Assembly (NCBI GenBank): GCA_024697225.1
Contig: JAILGA010000158.1
Coordinates: 6,898-70,897 of the forward strand
DNA length: 64,000 nt
Source of the DNA: Lachnospiraceae bacterium
Lineage (GTDB): Bacteria; Bacillota; Clostridia; Lachnospirales; Lachnospiraceae
Direction: 5' to 3'
The translations under genes were made by a program, and so were the position numbers. Below the pieces are notes generated by a model. That model saw only the letters and a list, made by a program, of their open reading frames with translations. It had not been told where the DNA came from and ran no database searches. Positions 49,487 to 59,378 of the stretch are shown piece after piece (the stretch's first letter is position 1; each line of letters opens with the position of its first letter).

Positions 49487-52400
49487 TCACGTCCACAGTC
49501 TTCGTCTCGTTATCCTGTAGCTTATCTTCTTCTCACCGCCGAAGCGTCCTTTGCCTCTGATTATCATGGTGTAGCTTCCAACGTTGATGTTGTCGCCGCA
49601 GATCACCTCATAGTCCTCACCTTCGGTAAGCAGCTCTCCGCTGCGCTTAAGCTCAAGCGAAGTCCCTGTCACCTCCAGCGGGCGGATGGCGCTGCCCGTA
49701 TACTCAAATGCAGCAGGTGTAAGCGTTCCTTTGGCCTTTGCTATATCGTAACAGACCACTCTGTACGAAACCAGACGGCTTCCCTCATATCCCGAGGTTC
49801 CCTTTGCCTTTATCTCCGCGGTCACTACGGCATCAAAAGGAATGACATCCTTCTTTGATACCACCGTCATAAGTCCGGTCCCCGGTTCGGTCATCCAGTA
49901 TTTTTCGATCTTATAATCTTTGCCGTTGACAAGCTTCCTGCCGTTGGAATCACGTATGACGGGTTTTACTATGGCGCTGCCGCCCTTTTCGCTGTATTTT
50001 GCCACAGGAACAGTTACGGCAAAGATATCGTCTCCTAAATCTCTCTTAATTATCTGAAAACCCTGCCAGCCTGATGATCCCTTGAAATTTCCCTTGCCTG
50101 TCACCTTCAGATAGGCTTTTCCGCCCTTTTTGGTGTTCTTTTTATAAGAGACTTTGAAATCCCTTCCCTTTATGAGTTCCAGATCGCCGGGCTCCCCCGA
50201 AAGCCATACCTCGGGGACTGGCTTTGTGGCGCCCTTCGTGTAGAAAACTCCCTCGGTGCCGTCCTCAACATCGTTCTCATTGGGGATAAATACCATCAGA
50301 TCTCCCGCCGATAAGGACCTTTTTGCTATACTGTATCTCTTGGTGAATTTGCCCGTAAAACCGCCTTTGCCGGTGATCTTCATCGTGACCTTGCCGGCCT
50401 TTACCGGAACAGCCGGGGTATAGGACACCTCAAAATCCACGTCCTCCTCCAGGGTAATGCCGGACGCCGTATAAAGCTGCACTCCGCTCTCAGAGAATTC
50501 CTGAAAATGCTCGTTGCCGTCATATACAAACGACTTCACAAAGCCCCTCATACTCACACTCGTCAAAGATACGGGCTTAATGGTATAGGAAACCGCTCTT
50601 GAACCCACATAGCGCGTCAGCACCCCGTCAACCGCATGCTCCGCACCTTTGGCGGCAGCCGTCCCGATTATCATCACATTGGCCGCGCCGCTTGCGATAT
50701 TTCCGTCACCGTCCAGAGGCCAACGGTAGGAAAGATTGTAATCGACGCCCTCGGTCAGCCTGTTTCCGTCCTGATCACAGACCACAAGCGCATTCTGCTT
50801 CGCCCCTCCCTTTTCAAAGGTGAGCTTCTTTTTCAGACCTGTTATCCTCAGATCATTAACCGAAATGTTTACTATTTCCACATCTTTCACATCAGGCGCG
50901 GGCACATGCTCCGGGGTGATCACCAGATCCAGCGTCCTTGATTCCCTGTAGTTTCCGATGCCTGTTATGGTGAGCTTGTATGTCCCGGGATCCCTGCACT
51001 CACCCCCGGCGTTTACTGTATAATCGGTGCCCTCCTTAAGAAGCGTACCGCCCCTGTAGAGATAGAGCGCGGGCTTCTGTGCGCTGCCGTTGGCCACGGT
51101 CTGAATATAAGCCGTACCATCACTCTTAAGTGAGGCGCCCTCGATCCTTACAGCCGCCGAGGAGATGTCCACACTCTCGATCTTCCAGGTGACGGCCTTT
51201 GTACCGATGTTATTTCCCACAAAGGTGAGCGTCACCTCGGCATCGCCCGCATCGGTGTTTTTCGAGTACGAAACGGTATAATCCGTTCCCTCGCATAGCC
51301 TCTTTTTCACGTCATAGACATGAATGGCGTCGCCCCAGGTGAGAGCCTTTCCGCTGTATACGTACATGTCGGGTCTGTCTGCAGAGGTCGGAAGTGCAGC
51401 GACCCACACGGGATCCGCGGCTCTCTCTTCCATGAAAGCCTCATAGCTTGCAAACTGTGCGTGATCCGCTTCCGTTATATCTCCCCACAGCGGTGCCCAC
51501 TGCGCATAGAGCGTCATCTTCAGGTCGTCTTCCCCCGCGGGAGATTTTACTGCAGCGTCAAGTCCCGGGAGCTCAAGCACCGGCACACCCCTGGCATAAT
51601 CCCTGCCCGAGCCGTCGGCGGCTGAGTTCCATCCGTCAAAAAGATAACCGCTTCTAGTCAGGTCGCAGGCTTCGATGTACTGCCTGATGATCGTGTTCAC
51701 GCAGATCTGCGACGTGGTCTGCTGCCTTGTGAGTATCCTGACAGCAGGCACAGTACCTGCGGCTGCACCGTTTCCTGAAAATGCAAGCGTAAAGTAATCC
51801 GCCATACTGCTGTCATCATCCCAGGAGAGCGCGTCGATTGGATAGTCCTCTTCTTTGAACCAGTTGGGTCTCGCGCCGGTCTCTTTGTTGTTTATGACAA
51901 CTCTCTCATTTTTGTAATTGGGAACATGACCCGCAAAATCGTCCTCACCCTTGAGGAACCAGGTATAGTTCGTCTTTTTGCTGTCCCAGGTGGCATCGCA
52001 CAGGTAATAGACATCGCCCAGCTTCACGCAGTTCCATGCGTGGTTTCCGCCCGAACCGCCGTTTTTGCCGTAGCCCGAAACGACTCTTGCATCGATGCCC
52101 TCCATGAGGGCCATTCTGTAGAAAAGCATGGAAAAGCCCTGGCAGACGCTCTTGCCGTTTATCAGAGCGCCGTAGGCCGTATACCTGATAAAGTCTGAAG
52201 AACTCGAATAATCATAGGCCACGTTATCGCAGATGTATTTGTAGATCGCTCCCACCTTCTGCTTATCGGTCATGCCTTCTTCAATGATGCCGTCAAGCGC
52301 CGGGCCGATGGCTGCGTTCACCTGTGCCTCCTGCTCCGCGGTGGTATAGTAGCGGCTGTTCCTGATGTCAGCCGCCTTGTCTTCATTAGTCTTATAGTTG

Positions 52401-53248
52401 TACATGCGGAAGGTCAGCGTGCCGTTGAACAGTGCGCTGCCCCCTCCTGCCTCGTCGCTTCCGCTGTAGAGTGCGGAGTAGCCGCCGTACTGATAGGCAA
52501 GATAGTCGCCTGCGGCCGGCTGTGCGTGATCGTGGGAGAGCGCATTACGCCACACGTATCTGTAGAAAAGTGTATACTTCTGATTCCATTTTTCTTTGTC
52601 GGTGGTGGTGTCGTCGGACTCGATCTGCCTGTAGCTTTCTTCGAGCTCGGCGCCGGTCCTGATGTTCACGGGCACCACGATCTCCTCCGCCCTCGACTGG
52701 AAAGCGGAAACGATGATGACCGCGGTCTCCTGGTAGGTCGTGCAGCGCTGAACTTCACCTTCGTCAAAGGTGTATGCGTCATCTGTCGCACCGAATATGC
52801 TGTAGGATTGCGAAGAATCAGGATCGGTCAGCTGCGCAGTCTGATCCTCAGATCTCTCAGCCTCCTCCAGCTTTCGGATCACAAGCTCTTCTTCGGGGAT
52901 TATGGACAGACTGATATCCGCAGGCGATTCCACATCCACGTAGGCAGGATTGATCTCCTCCGCCGCGGCAAAGATCTCATCGCCGTCAGATACTGTGATT
53001 ACAGCATTATCATCGGGGTAATCTTCCCCGAGGGCACTGCTGTCTGCTGAATTTGTTTCAAGAAGACCTGTGTTTTCAACATTTATTGTCTCTGTCAGGG
53101 ATTCGGAAGAAGATAAATACCCGGCCTCCGCCCCGGCCGCCCGGACGCAGAGAACCTGGCTCTGTTCAGACAGGGCCAGGATCAGTGCGGATGCGATTGC
53201 GATTATTCTGTATTTCAACGGTCTCTTTCCCGGGTCATCTCGAAGCAA
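49487..53248 (-). CDS. Secreted transglutaminase-like domain protein with InlB-B-like and repeated beta domains
   Basis: SVCQGFS / NHAWN / DATWD Cys-His-Asp triad; GYLFDGWN...LYAQW; repeated LxEGxDYxVxY...ITGxG units; start uncertain. Confidence 0.8.
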   Translation of the reverse strand: MLRDDPGKRPLKYRIIAIASALILALSEQSQVLCVRAAGAEAGYLSSSESLTETINVENTGLLETNSADSSALGEDYPDDNAVITVSDGDEIFAAAEEINPAYVDVESPADISLSIIPEEELVIRKLEEAERSEDQTAQLTDPDSSQSYSIFGATDDAYTFDEGEVQRCTTYQETAVIIVSAFQSRAEEIVVPVNIRTGAELEESYRQIESDDTTTDKEKWNQKYTLFYRYVWRNALSHDHAQPAAGDYLAYQYGGYSALYSGSDEAGGGSALFNGTLTFRMYNYKTNEDKAADIRNSRYYTTAEQEAQVNAAIGPALDGIIEEGMTDKQKVGAIYKYICDNVAYDYSSSSDFIRYTAYGALINGKSVCQGFSMLFYRMALMEGIDARVVSGYGKNGGSGGNHAWNCVKLGDVYYLCDATWDSKKTNYTWFLKGEDDFAGHVPNYKNERVVINNKETGARPNWFKEEDYPIDALSWDDDSSMADYFTLAFSGNGAAAGTVPAVRILTRQQTTSQICVNTIIRQYIEACDLTRSGYLFDGWNSAADGSGRDYARGVPVLELPGLDAAVKSPAGEDDLKMTLYAQWAPLWGDITEADHAQFASYEAFMEERAADPVWVAALPTSADRPDMYVYSGKALTWGDAIHVYDVKKRLCEGTDYTVSYSKNTDAGDAEVTLTFVGNNIGTKAVTWKIESVDISSAAVRIEGASLKSDGTAYIQTVANGSAQKPALYLYRGGTLLKEGTDYTVNAGGECRDPGTYKLTITGIGNYRESRTLDLVITPEHVPAPDVKDVEIVNISVNDLRITGLKKKLTFEKGGAKQNALVVCDQDGNRLTEGVDYNLSYRWPLDGDGNIASGAANVMIIGTAAAKGAEHAVDGVLTRYVGSRAVSYTIKPVSLTSVSMRGFVKSFVYDGNEHFQEFSESGVQLYTASGITLEEDVDFEVSYTPAVPVKAGKVTMKITGKGGFTGKFTKRYSIAKRSLSAGDLMVFIPNENDVEDGTEGVFYTKGATKPVPEVWLSGEPGDLELIKGRDFKVSYKKNTKKGGKAYLKVTGKGNFKGSSGWQGFQIIKRDLGDDIFAVTVPVAKYSEKGGSAIVKPVIRDSNGRKLVNGKDYKIEKYWMTEPGTGLMTVVSKKDVIPFDAVVTAEIKAKGTSGYEGSRLVSYRVVCYDIAKAKGTLTPAAFEYTGSAIRPLEVTGTSLELKRSGELLTEGEDYEVICGDNINVGSYTMIIRGKGRFGGEKKISYRITRRRLWT

Positions 53249-53262
53249 GCGGCCGTTTGGCT

Positions 53263-56139
53263 TTACCGCTCACGGTTTTCAGTTCTGTCGCTGCGGACAG
53301 GTGCGTATACTTTCTTACGGCGGCTTATGAACAGTAGATCCGCCACCAGAGCGTCAAATGCGATCAGCATGATGATCAGGTGCAGCCACAGTCTGCTCTC
53401 ATCGCCGGTTGCGGAGCCTCTTGCGTCTCCCGCTCCCGATGCGGCATTGGCGGCCGTACCGGAGCCAACAACGGTTGATGAAGTGCCCGATTTGCTGGAG
53501 GTTGCAGTGCCTGTGCCCTGCAGCCATGCCATTGTCGCTCCGCTCTGTCTCACAGCGCTGGTGCTTGAATTCTGCGCACCGTTGTAATCCGTAACTGTAG
53601 AAATATTGGCAGTAGTGGTTGAGCCCATGTCCTTCTTGGTGAGTATCACGACAGGGTTCCTGGTCGCTGAATACCCCGAGGGTGCAGTGGTCTGCCTTAT
53701 CAGATATCTTTGCCCCGGAACCAGTCCGTTGATCGTGACTGTACCGTCGCTGGCGGACGTGATGCCCGCGGCGATCCTCTGCCACTCGTTATTGGTGGTC
53801 TGCGGATAATTGCTGGTAGCAACTGCCGCATAGGCTCTGAGGGCAAAGGGATCCTTTGCCATGATCGCTACGGCGATATCATCGAGGATCGTCGCCTTTC
53901 CGAGCTTATAGGTGTATACGCTGCTGCTTGAGGAATCAGCGCTGTCGTCGTATTCGTCATCATCGGCATCCAGCTTGACATCTCCTCTGCCGTCGTCATT
54001 GGTCGAATCATCTCCCTCATAAAGTCTGTAGACTTCGAATTTAGCCCCGGCAAGGCCTTTAGCCGTATCGTTGTGGTCCACGACTTTGAAGGCCACGGTG
54101 CCGTGCTTGATGGTTCCGAGGATGCCCGGTGTCGTGGGAAGTCCCGATGGCGTGCTCATAGTCTTGTTTGTCGAACCCGCCACAAGCGTGCATGTTCCGG
54201 ACGACGAGGACGGCATACTAAGGCGGATCAGATCCGTTGAACCCGAGGGCTCGGTCATATTGGAGGAGCCTGATTTTGACCTGTACTTAATATAATAGTA
54301 TTCCTTGTCATCCGCGCTTCTGTACGGCATTGCGTATGCGGTCACAACTCCGGCATCGGTGGTCACGGTGCCGTCGGTGACGCTCTTTCCGTTCTTATTG
54401 ACAAGGGATACGGGATTGGACACATTTGTGCCGCTGGTATAAGTCCCGTACAGGGTAAATGTCACCGTATCGGGTGTTCCGTACTCGCCGGACATAGTGA
54501 AGGACCTGTAGGAGGAATCGATGGCTTCAGCTGTGTTGACGTACATACCGAAGGATATCCTGGTGACCGAAGGATGGATGTTTACCACAGCAGGACTGCC
54601 GGCTGTGGGAGTTGAAGATACAACATCTATCTCCGGCACCCTTGTGCTTCCGATGTTTCCCGTCTTTCTTGTGGTTGATCCGGTATTTACGGAAACCTTT
54701 CCGTCAGTGCCCATGGTCAGCGTGAAGGGCTGGACCGGGAAATAGGGATCCAGCTGTTTCGGAGTCACGGTATAGCTGGTCTGCGTACCGGACGCCAGAG
54801 TCAGGCTCACCATACCGCTGTCATCGGTCACATAGTCCGTGGAGGTGCTGCCCTGAGTCAGCCTGATCGTCATCCCCTTTACCGCTTTGGACGGGAATAG
54901 GAGATTTCCGGAATGCTTGATCCCGTCGTCGAAATTGGTGACGACCAGCTGGACATTGGTGCTGCCCACATTGGGAGTGATGGCTATCTGGGATTCAAAA
55001 TGAGTGCCGTCGGCTGTAACCGTGGAAAACTGCGGAGCGATCCTCACAGTGTGGGTCTGGGTATCCCTGTTGTAGCCTGCTTTGGCCTCGGAAACCTCGG
55101 TCAGTATATAGTCCGTTTCCCAGAGAAGGTCTTTGCCGTAGTCGTCTTTGCTTGCAGTCACCGTGCCATCTGTGCCGATGGTGAGTTTTGCAATATCAAC
55201 GACTGCAGTGGTTCCGTTATTGTGTCTCACCTGATAGACGGCGTAATTCTTTGCCGCATCATCAGTTCTGGTTATCTTTATCTGGCCGGGAAGTCGGGCG
55301 TAGGAGATGGTTTCGGAGGTGCTGCTGATCGTAGCCCCATTGACATCGGCGGGCCATTTGTCGGTCTCATCGGTCTTATTGTCAGCAGTTTTGATCGTCC
55401 CAGTATACTGCAGCCCTTTCTCATCTATACTGAAATAATAGACAGAGTTGTTCGCATAATATCCTGTCGGAGCAGAGTTCTCAAACAGCAGATAATGCCC
55501 TTTTGTCAGCTCCTTGGGGGCCTCTCCGTTCTCGCCGAAGGTATATACGCCTGTTGCCTCATCATATTTGATTGTGGTAACCGCGCTTGTTATCTTTGTA
55601 TAGAGCTTTTCTATCTCCGCAGCCGTGAAAGCGGCCGGCTTTGGAACAACATCATCCGCAGACTTATACAGCACGAAATCAGGCTTTGCGGGAGAGAGCA
55701 GAAGCTTGCTTGCAGCTGTGGAATCCTTGTCTTCTATCTTTATAGTAACCTGTGATGCCTGCAGCGTTGATGCGGTTTGTGCAGGCTGCGTTTCAGAAGC
55801 CATGTAGTAATCCGCATATTCATCTGCAGCCACACCACCTTCGTAGACGGCGGCCTCTTCGTCAGCGTTGAAGATATCCGTGCCGTCGATGACATCGGTC
55901 ACTCTGTCGTCGGAACCGCCGTCCAGCGACTCATCCTCCATGGCATCGGCATATTCAAGAAGCATTTTGTCAACGGCTCCGAGGCTTCCGCCTTCGCCCG
56001 CATAGGATGCACCTTCATCCGAGCTGTCGCCGGAGGCTTTGACTATCTTTGCCGTGATCACCGTGCACTCAACAGCCTGCCATCCGATGAGCAATGCGAG
56101 CACAACCGCTATCACTCTGCTGATCTTTAACGCTTTCAT
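53263..56139 (-). CDS. SpaA/prealbumin-like-fold surface adhesin with sortase-like anchor
   Basis: Y.L.E..AP.GY motifs, LAGAKFEVY, C-terminal SATGD plus hydrophobic segment and RRKK. Confidence 0.75.
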   Translation of the reverse strand: MKALKISRVIAVVLALLIGWQAVECTVITAKIVKASGDSSDEGASYAGEGGSLGAVDKMLLEYADAMEDESLDGGSDDRVTDVIDGTDIFNADEEAAVYEGGVAADEYADYYMASETQPAQTASTLQASQVTIKIEDKDSTAASKLLLSPAKPDFVLYKSADDVVPKPAAFTAAEIEKLYTKITSAVTTIKYDEATGVYTFGENGEAPKELTKGHYLLFENSAPTGYYANNSVYYFSIDEKGLQYTGTIKTADNKTDETDKWPADVNGATISSTSETISYARLPGQIKITRTDDAAKNYAVYQVRHNNGTTAVVDIAKLTIGTDGTVTASKDDYGKDLLWETDYILTEVSEAKAGYNRDTQTHTVRIAPQFSTVTADGTHFESQIAITPNVGSTNVQLVVTNFDDGIKHSGNLLFPSKAVKGMTIRLTQGSTSTDYVTDDSGMVSLTLASGTQTSYTVTPKQLDPYFPVQPFTLTMGTDGKVSVNTGSTTRKTGNIGSTRVPEIDVVSSTPTAGSPAVVNIHPSVTRISFGMYVNTAEAIDSSYRSFTMSGEYGTPDTVTFTLYGTYTSGTNVSNPVSLVNKNGKSVTDGTVTTDAGVVTAYAMPYRSADDKEYYYIKYRSKSGSSNMTEPSGSTDLIRLSMPSSSSGTCTLVAGSTNKTMSTPSGLPTTPGILGTIKHGTVAFKVVDHNDTAKGLAGAKFEVYRLYEGDDSTNDDGRGDVKLDADDDEYDDSADSSSSSVYTYKLGKATILDDIAVAIMAKDPFALRAYAAVATSNYPQTTNNEWQRIAAGITSASDGTVTINGLVPGQRYLIRQTTAPSGYSATRNPVVILTKKDMGSTTTANISTVTDYNGAQNSSTSAVRQSGATMAWLQGTGTATSSKSGTSSTVVGSGTAANAASGAGDARGSATGDESRLWLHLIIMLIAFDALVADLLFISRRKKVYAPVRSDRTENRER

Positions 56140-56387
56140 CTTTCTCTCCCTCAATAAACGTATGTTTAAACTCAGTTGCCTTCAGCAGCCTCAAACGACA
56201 TCAGGTTCCCTTTTGTCGTCTTTTAAACACACAAAATCAGCCGGTAAAAATGCCGGTTTGATGACAGTTTACCACAATATCAGATAGAAATAAACTGTTT
56301 TTCGAAAAATATGGAAATCTTAATATTCTTAAATTGTTCCATGATATTTGACGCGCGCCAATTATGGTGGCGGATGGATCTACTTAT

Positions 56388-58724
56388 TTACTTACATGTA
56401 ACCTTCCACTTGACCTTCTTTCCGGAGCCGTCCAGACAATACGCCGTTATCGTGGCCGTGCCCGTTCTTTCTCCGCCTATGATCTGCATGGTACATTTCG
56501 TGGAGGCGTAAGTATTTGAAGCCGTTAACAGTTTGATGATCACGGCGCCCGCGACATCGGGATCCGAGCTCTCGACCCTCCAGTTGGCGGCATAGGTCTT
56601 GATGCTGAAATTCACCTCTGCGCACGGATTAGCTGCATTGAGCTTTATCGTGGAGGATGATTTGGTTACCGTTTTCCCCGTGACATTGAGAGCCTTCCAC
56701 TTTTTGGCCTTGCTGACCGATCCGCACTTCTGAACGATCAGAACATTTTCTTCACACCAAAAGCCCTCAGCGGTCGTGGCTCTGACACGGATCCTCGCGC
56801 ATTTCGATCTTTTGTTTACCAGGTATTTAAAGCATTTCTTTTTGACCTTTAACACGCCGTTCTGGTCGATAGTCACCATGTCTTTGGCAAAGGCACGGTC
56901 ATCGAGATTGCTCTCCACCGGATCGTTCTCAAGGATGGTCCACTCCACCCGGTCGGGTCCAAGGATGCCAGCCGGTTCCGTGTCATATGCCGCCCACAGT
57001 TTTAGTGACGATCCGACTTCCACGGAAGAATCACTGTTTATGCTGACAGGATCACTGTCCATGTGAATATTTACCCGGCTTCTGCTGTCAAAAGCGGGAT
57101 CCGCAGCCCCTGAAGCGCTCATGAGTGCGTCAATATCTATGATGCCCGCCCCCATGCCGGCTGAAGGGCATTCTATGACATTTTTGCAAAGAATCTCCTT
57201 CATCTTATCCGGGCCGGGATTGCCATAGGTGCTCATATACAGTGCCGCGGCGCCGGTCACGACGGGCGTTGCCTGAGATGTACCGGACATCAAACCAAAA
57301 TAGTTTGAGTAATAGAAATCTCCGTTGTCATAGCAGTCCGCTTTAAGCCTCGGCATCACTGTTGAGACTATATTGCTGCCGGGTGCAGAGATGGTGCACC
57401 AGTCTCCGAAATTGGAATAGCCCGCTCTTGCGCCGCTTTCACCCGTCGCCGCGACAGAGATCACGTAATCATAGGCGGCAGGATAGCATTTCAGTTCACT
57501 GCCGTTATTGCCCATGGCCGCCACTGCAGTGATCCCGTGCCGATAGAGTTCCTCCACAGCCTCGTTTTCGATCCGGCTGTACGAAGCACTGCCGATGCTC
57601 ATGTTGACGATATCGGCCTTGTCCTCGATGCAGTGGAGCATGGCGCACACGATATCGTAGGACATCAGGTTTATCTTTCCCGTATGCTCGATGTTGTAGC
57701 TAAGAATCGTGACTCCGGGAGCGATCCCGACTCCGCCTGTCTGATTTCCGGAGACAGCCGCTATAATGCCGGCGACATGAGTGCCGTGCGCCTGCGTATC
57801 AGGTTCAAGCGGGAGATCCCGCCTCTGACTGAACTGTATCTGCTCTATGTTTTGCAGATCCGCATGATCTGCGGCGACTCCGGTGTCGATCACCGCGACC
57901 CTTATCTCGCTTTTTCCGCTATAGCCCGCTTTCCAGGCAAGTTCGGAGCCAGTCATGTGATGATGGTACTGATAGCCTCTTTCGTTCGGATCGAGGAAAG
58001 GGTCATTCGGAAGCCATGAAGTGTCAGGGGATGTCTCATCACCGGTGTCCGCGAAGATGTCATCGGACGCAAGTGACCTGGTGTCCGTGAAGTCATTATC
58101 GGATGCAGTTAACGGAGCATCCGCGAAGACATTATCGACATTATCGGATGCAGATAACGGGGCGTCCGCGAGTCCTCTGAAATAATTGGGTTCAAAGACG
58201 GGAGTTGACGAATCCTCAAGATTGTCTCTGACGGCCTCGTCAACCGTCACTTCCTCATATTCTCTGCCATCGAGGAACAGATCCGCCGTTTCTTCGCCAT
58301 AAAGTGCCTGTGCGTATGCCTTTGCGTTTGCTTCGGCTTCCTCCGGCGTTGCGGGCAATTTTATCAGTCCCACACCCATCTCGTAATCCAGGAGTTCACC
58401 GTTGCATGAAAAGGCGGTCTGCCTCGCTTTTTCGATAAGCTTCTCATCGGGATCGTAGCCGAGGTAAAACATCACCTCGTCCTCATCATAGTCCTCGCCC
58501 GCATTTGCACTGCCCAGGGTGCTCAATATCTCACCCGCGGAGAAGTCTGAGATCCCGGTTCCTGCAGGGATGTCTGCTCCGGCTGCTCCGGAGAAAATGC
58601 CTGCACTGTCTGACATGTCTGCTCCGGCGGCACCATTAAACGCATATGCATTCTGCGGCAAAGAAGAAAGAATCGCGACAGACAATAATACTGCTGTTAC
58701 TCTTTTCAATGATCTGTTTTTCAT
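56388..58724 (-). CDS. S8 family (subtilisin-like) serine peptidase
   Basis: VAVIDTG, HGTHVAG, GTSQATP; signal peptide; C-terminal Ig-like basic domains. Confidence 0.92.
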   Translation of the reverse strand: MKNRSLKRVTAVLLSVAILSSLPQNAYAFNGAAGADMSDSAGIFSGAAGADIPAGTGISDFSAGEILSTLGSANAGEDYDEDEVMFYLGYDPDEKLIEKARQTAFSCNGELLDYEMGVGLIKLPATPEEAEANAKAYAQALYGEETADLFLDGREYEEVTVDEAVRDNLEDSSTPVFEPNYFRGLADAPLSASDNVDNVFADAPLTASDNDFTDTRSLASDDIFADTGDETSPDTSWLPNDPFLDPNERGYQYHHHMTGSELAWKAGYSGKSEIRVAVIDTGVAADHADLQNIEQIQFSQRRDLPLEPDTQAHGTHVAGIIAAVSGNQTGGVGIAPGVTILSYNIEHTGKINLMSYDIVCAMLHCIEDKADIVNMSIGSASYSRIENEAVEELYRHGITAVAAMGNNGSELKCYPAAYDYVISVAATGESGARAGYSNFGDWCTISAPGSNIVSTVMPRLKADCYDNGDFYYSNYFGLMSGTSQATPVVTGAAALYMSTYGNPGPDKMKEILCKNVIECPSAGMGAGIIDIDALMSASGAADPAFDSRSRVNIHMDSDPVSINSDSSVEVGSSLKLWAAYDTEPAGILGPDRVEWTILENDPVESNLDDRAFAKDMVTIDQNGVLKVKKKCFKYLVNKRSKCARIRVRATTAEGFWCEENVLIVQKCGSVSKAKKWKALNVTGKTVTKSSSTIKLNAANPCAEVNFSIKTYAANWRVESSDPDVAGAVIIKLLTASNTYASTKCTMQIIGGERTGTATITAYCLDGSGKKVKWKVTCK

Positions 58725-58780
58725 TGTCCCCCCTTGTCAGAGTCCTTTTCCAAACCCCCGCTAAACGCTGAACTTACACA

Positions 58781-59272
58781 TTAACTACATATACTATGTT
58801 GATCTCCCATATATTTATACTTAGCATAATGACCTTTATTGACCGGCTCCAATCGTCCTTGTGCTACAAGCTTCTTCAATAAAGTATATGCTTTTGACGG
58901 ACTAACATGTAATAGTTGTACTACATCTGCTCTCGACAGATAATCGGTGCTTTTTGCCAGATTGACGATTAATTCTGAATATCTTGTCTCATCTATATCT
59001 ACCTGTCTCACATATCCTATTTTTGCCATTTGCGTCTTGTAAACCTTTGACGAAAGGATATATGTCCTGCTTTTGCCGTTTCCATAAGCTTCAACTATTC
59101 CGGCTTCTATCGATGTGTCCAATATTCCCTTAACTGCCGTCTCAGAAACATGAATTGCTTCAGATATCTGTTCTGCCGAAGATTTGGGTAAATCTTTCAG
59201 AGTATTTAATACTAACAACGAATTGAGTGAAAGCGGCCTCCCCAACCGGTTTTGCTCATTTGAAACCAACAA
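58781..59272 (-). pseudogene. C-terminal double-wHTH fragment of an AlbA/ATPase-type transcriptional regulator
   Basis: Visibly AT-rich; GNGKSRTYIL, GYVRQ, LSRADVVQLLH...AYTLLKKL; no SD and no N-terminal domains. Confidence 0.55.
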
Positions 59273-59282
59273 TACAATTATT

Positions 59283-59351
59283 AACGCATTTTTGCGTTGG
59301 AGTCAATTATTCCAACGTGCTTAACGCGTTGGAATGGTTTTGATGCGTTGG
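59283..59351. repeat. GCGTTGG/CCAACG operator-like array
   Basis: GCGTTGG at 59294, 59326, 59345; palindromes AACGCA-TTT-TGCGTT and ATTCCAACG...CGTTGGAAT. Confidence 0.6.
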
Positions 59352-59378
59352 TTTATAATTTCAGAAAAATTCGAACCT

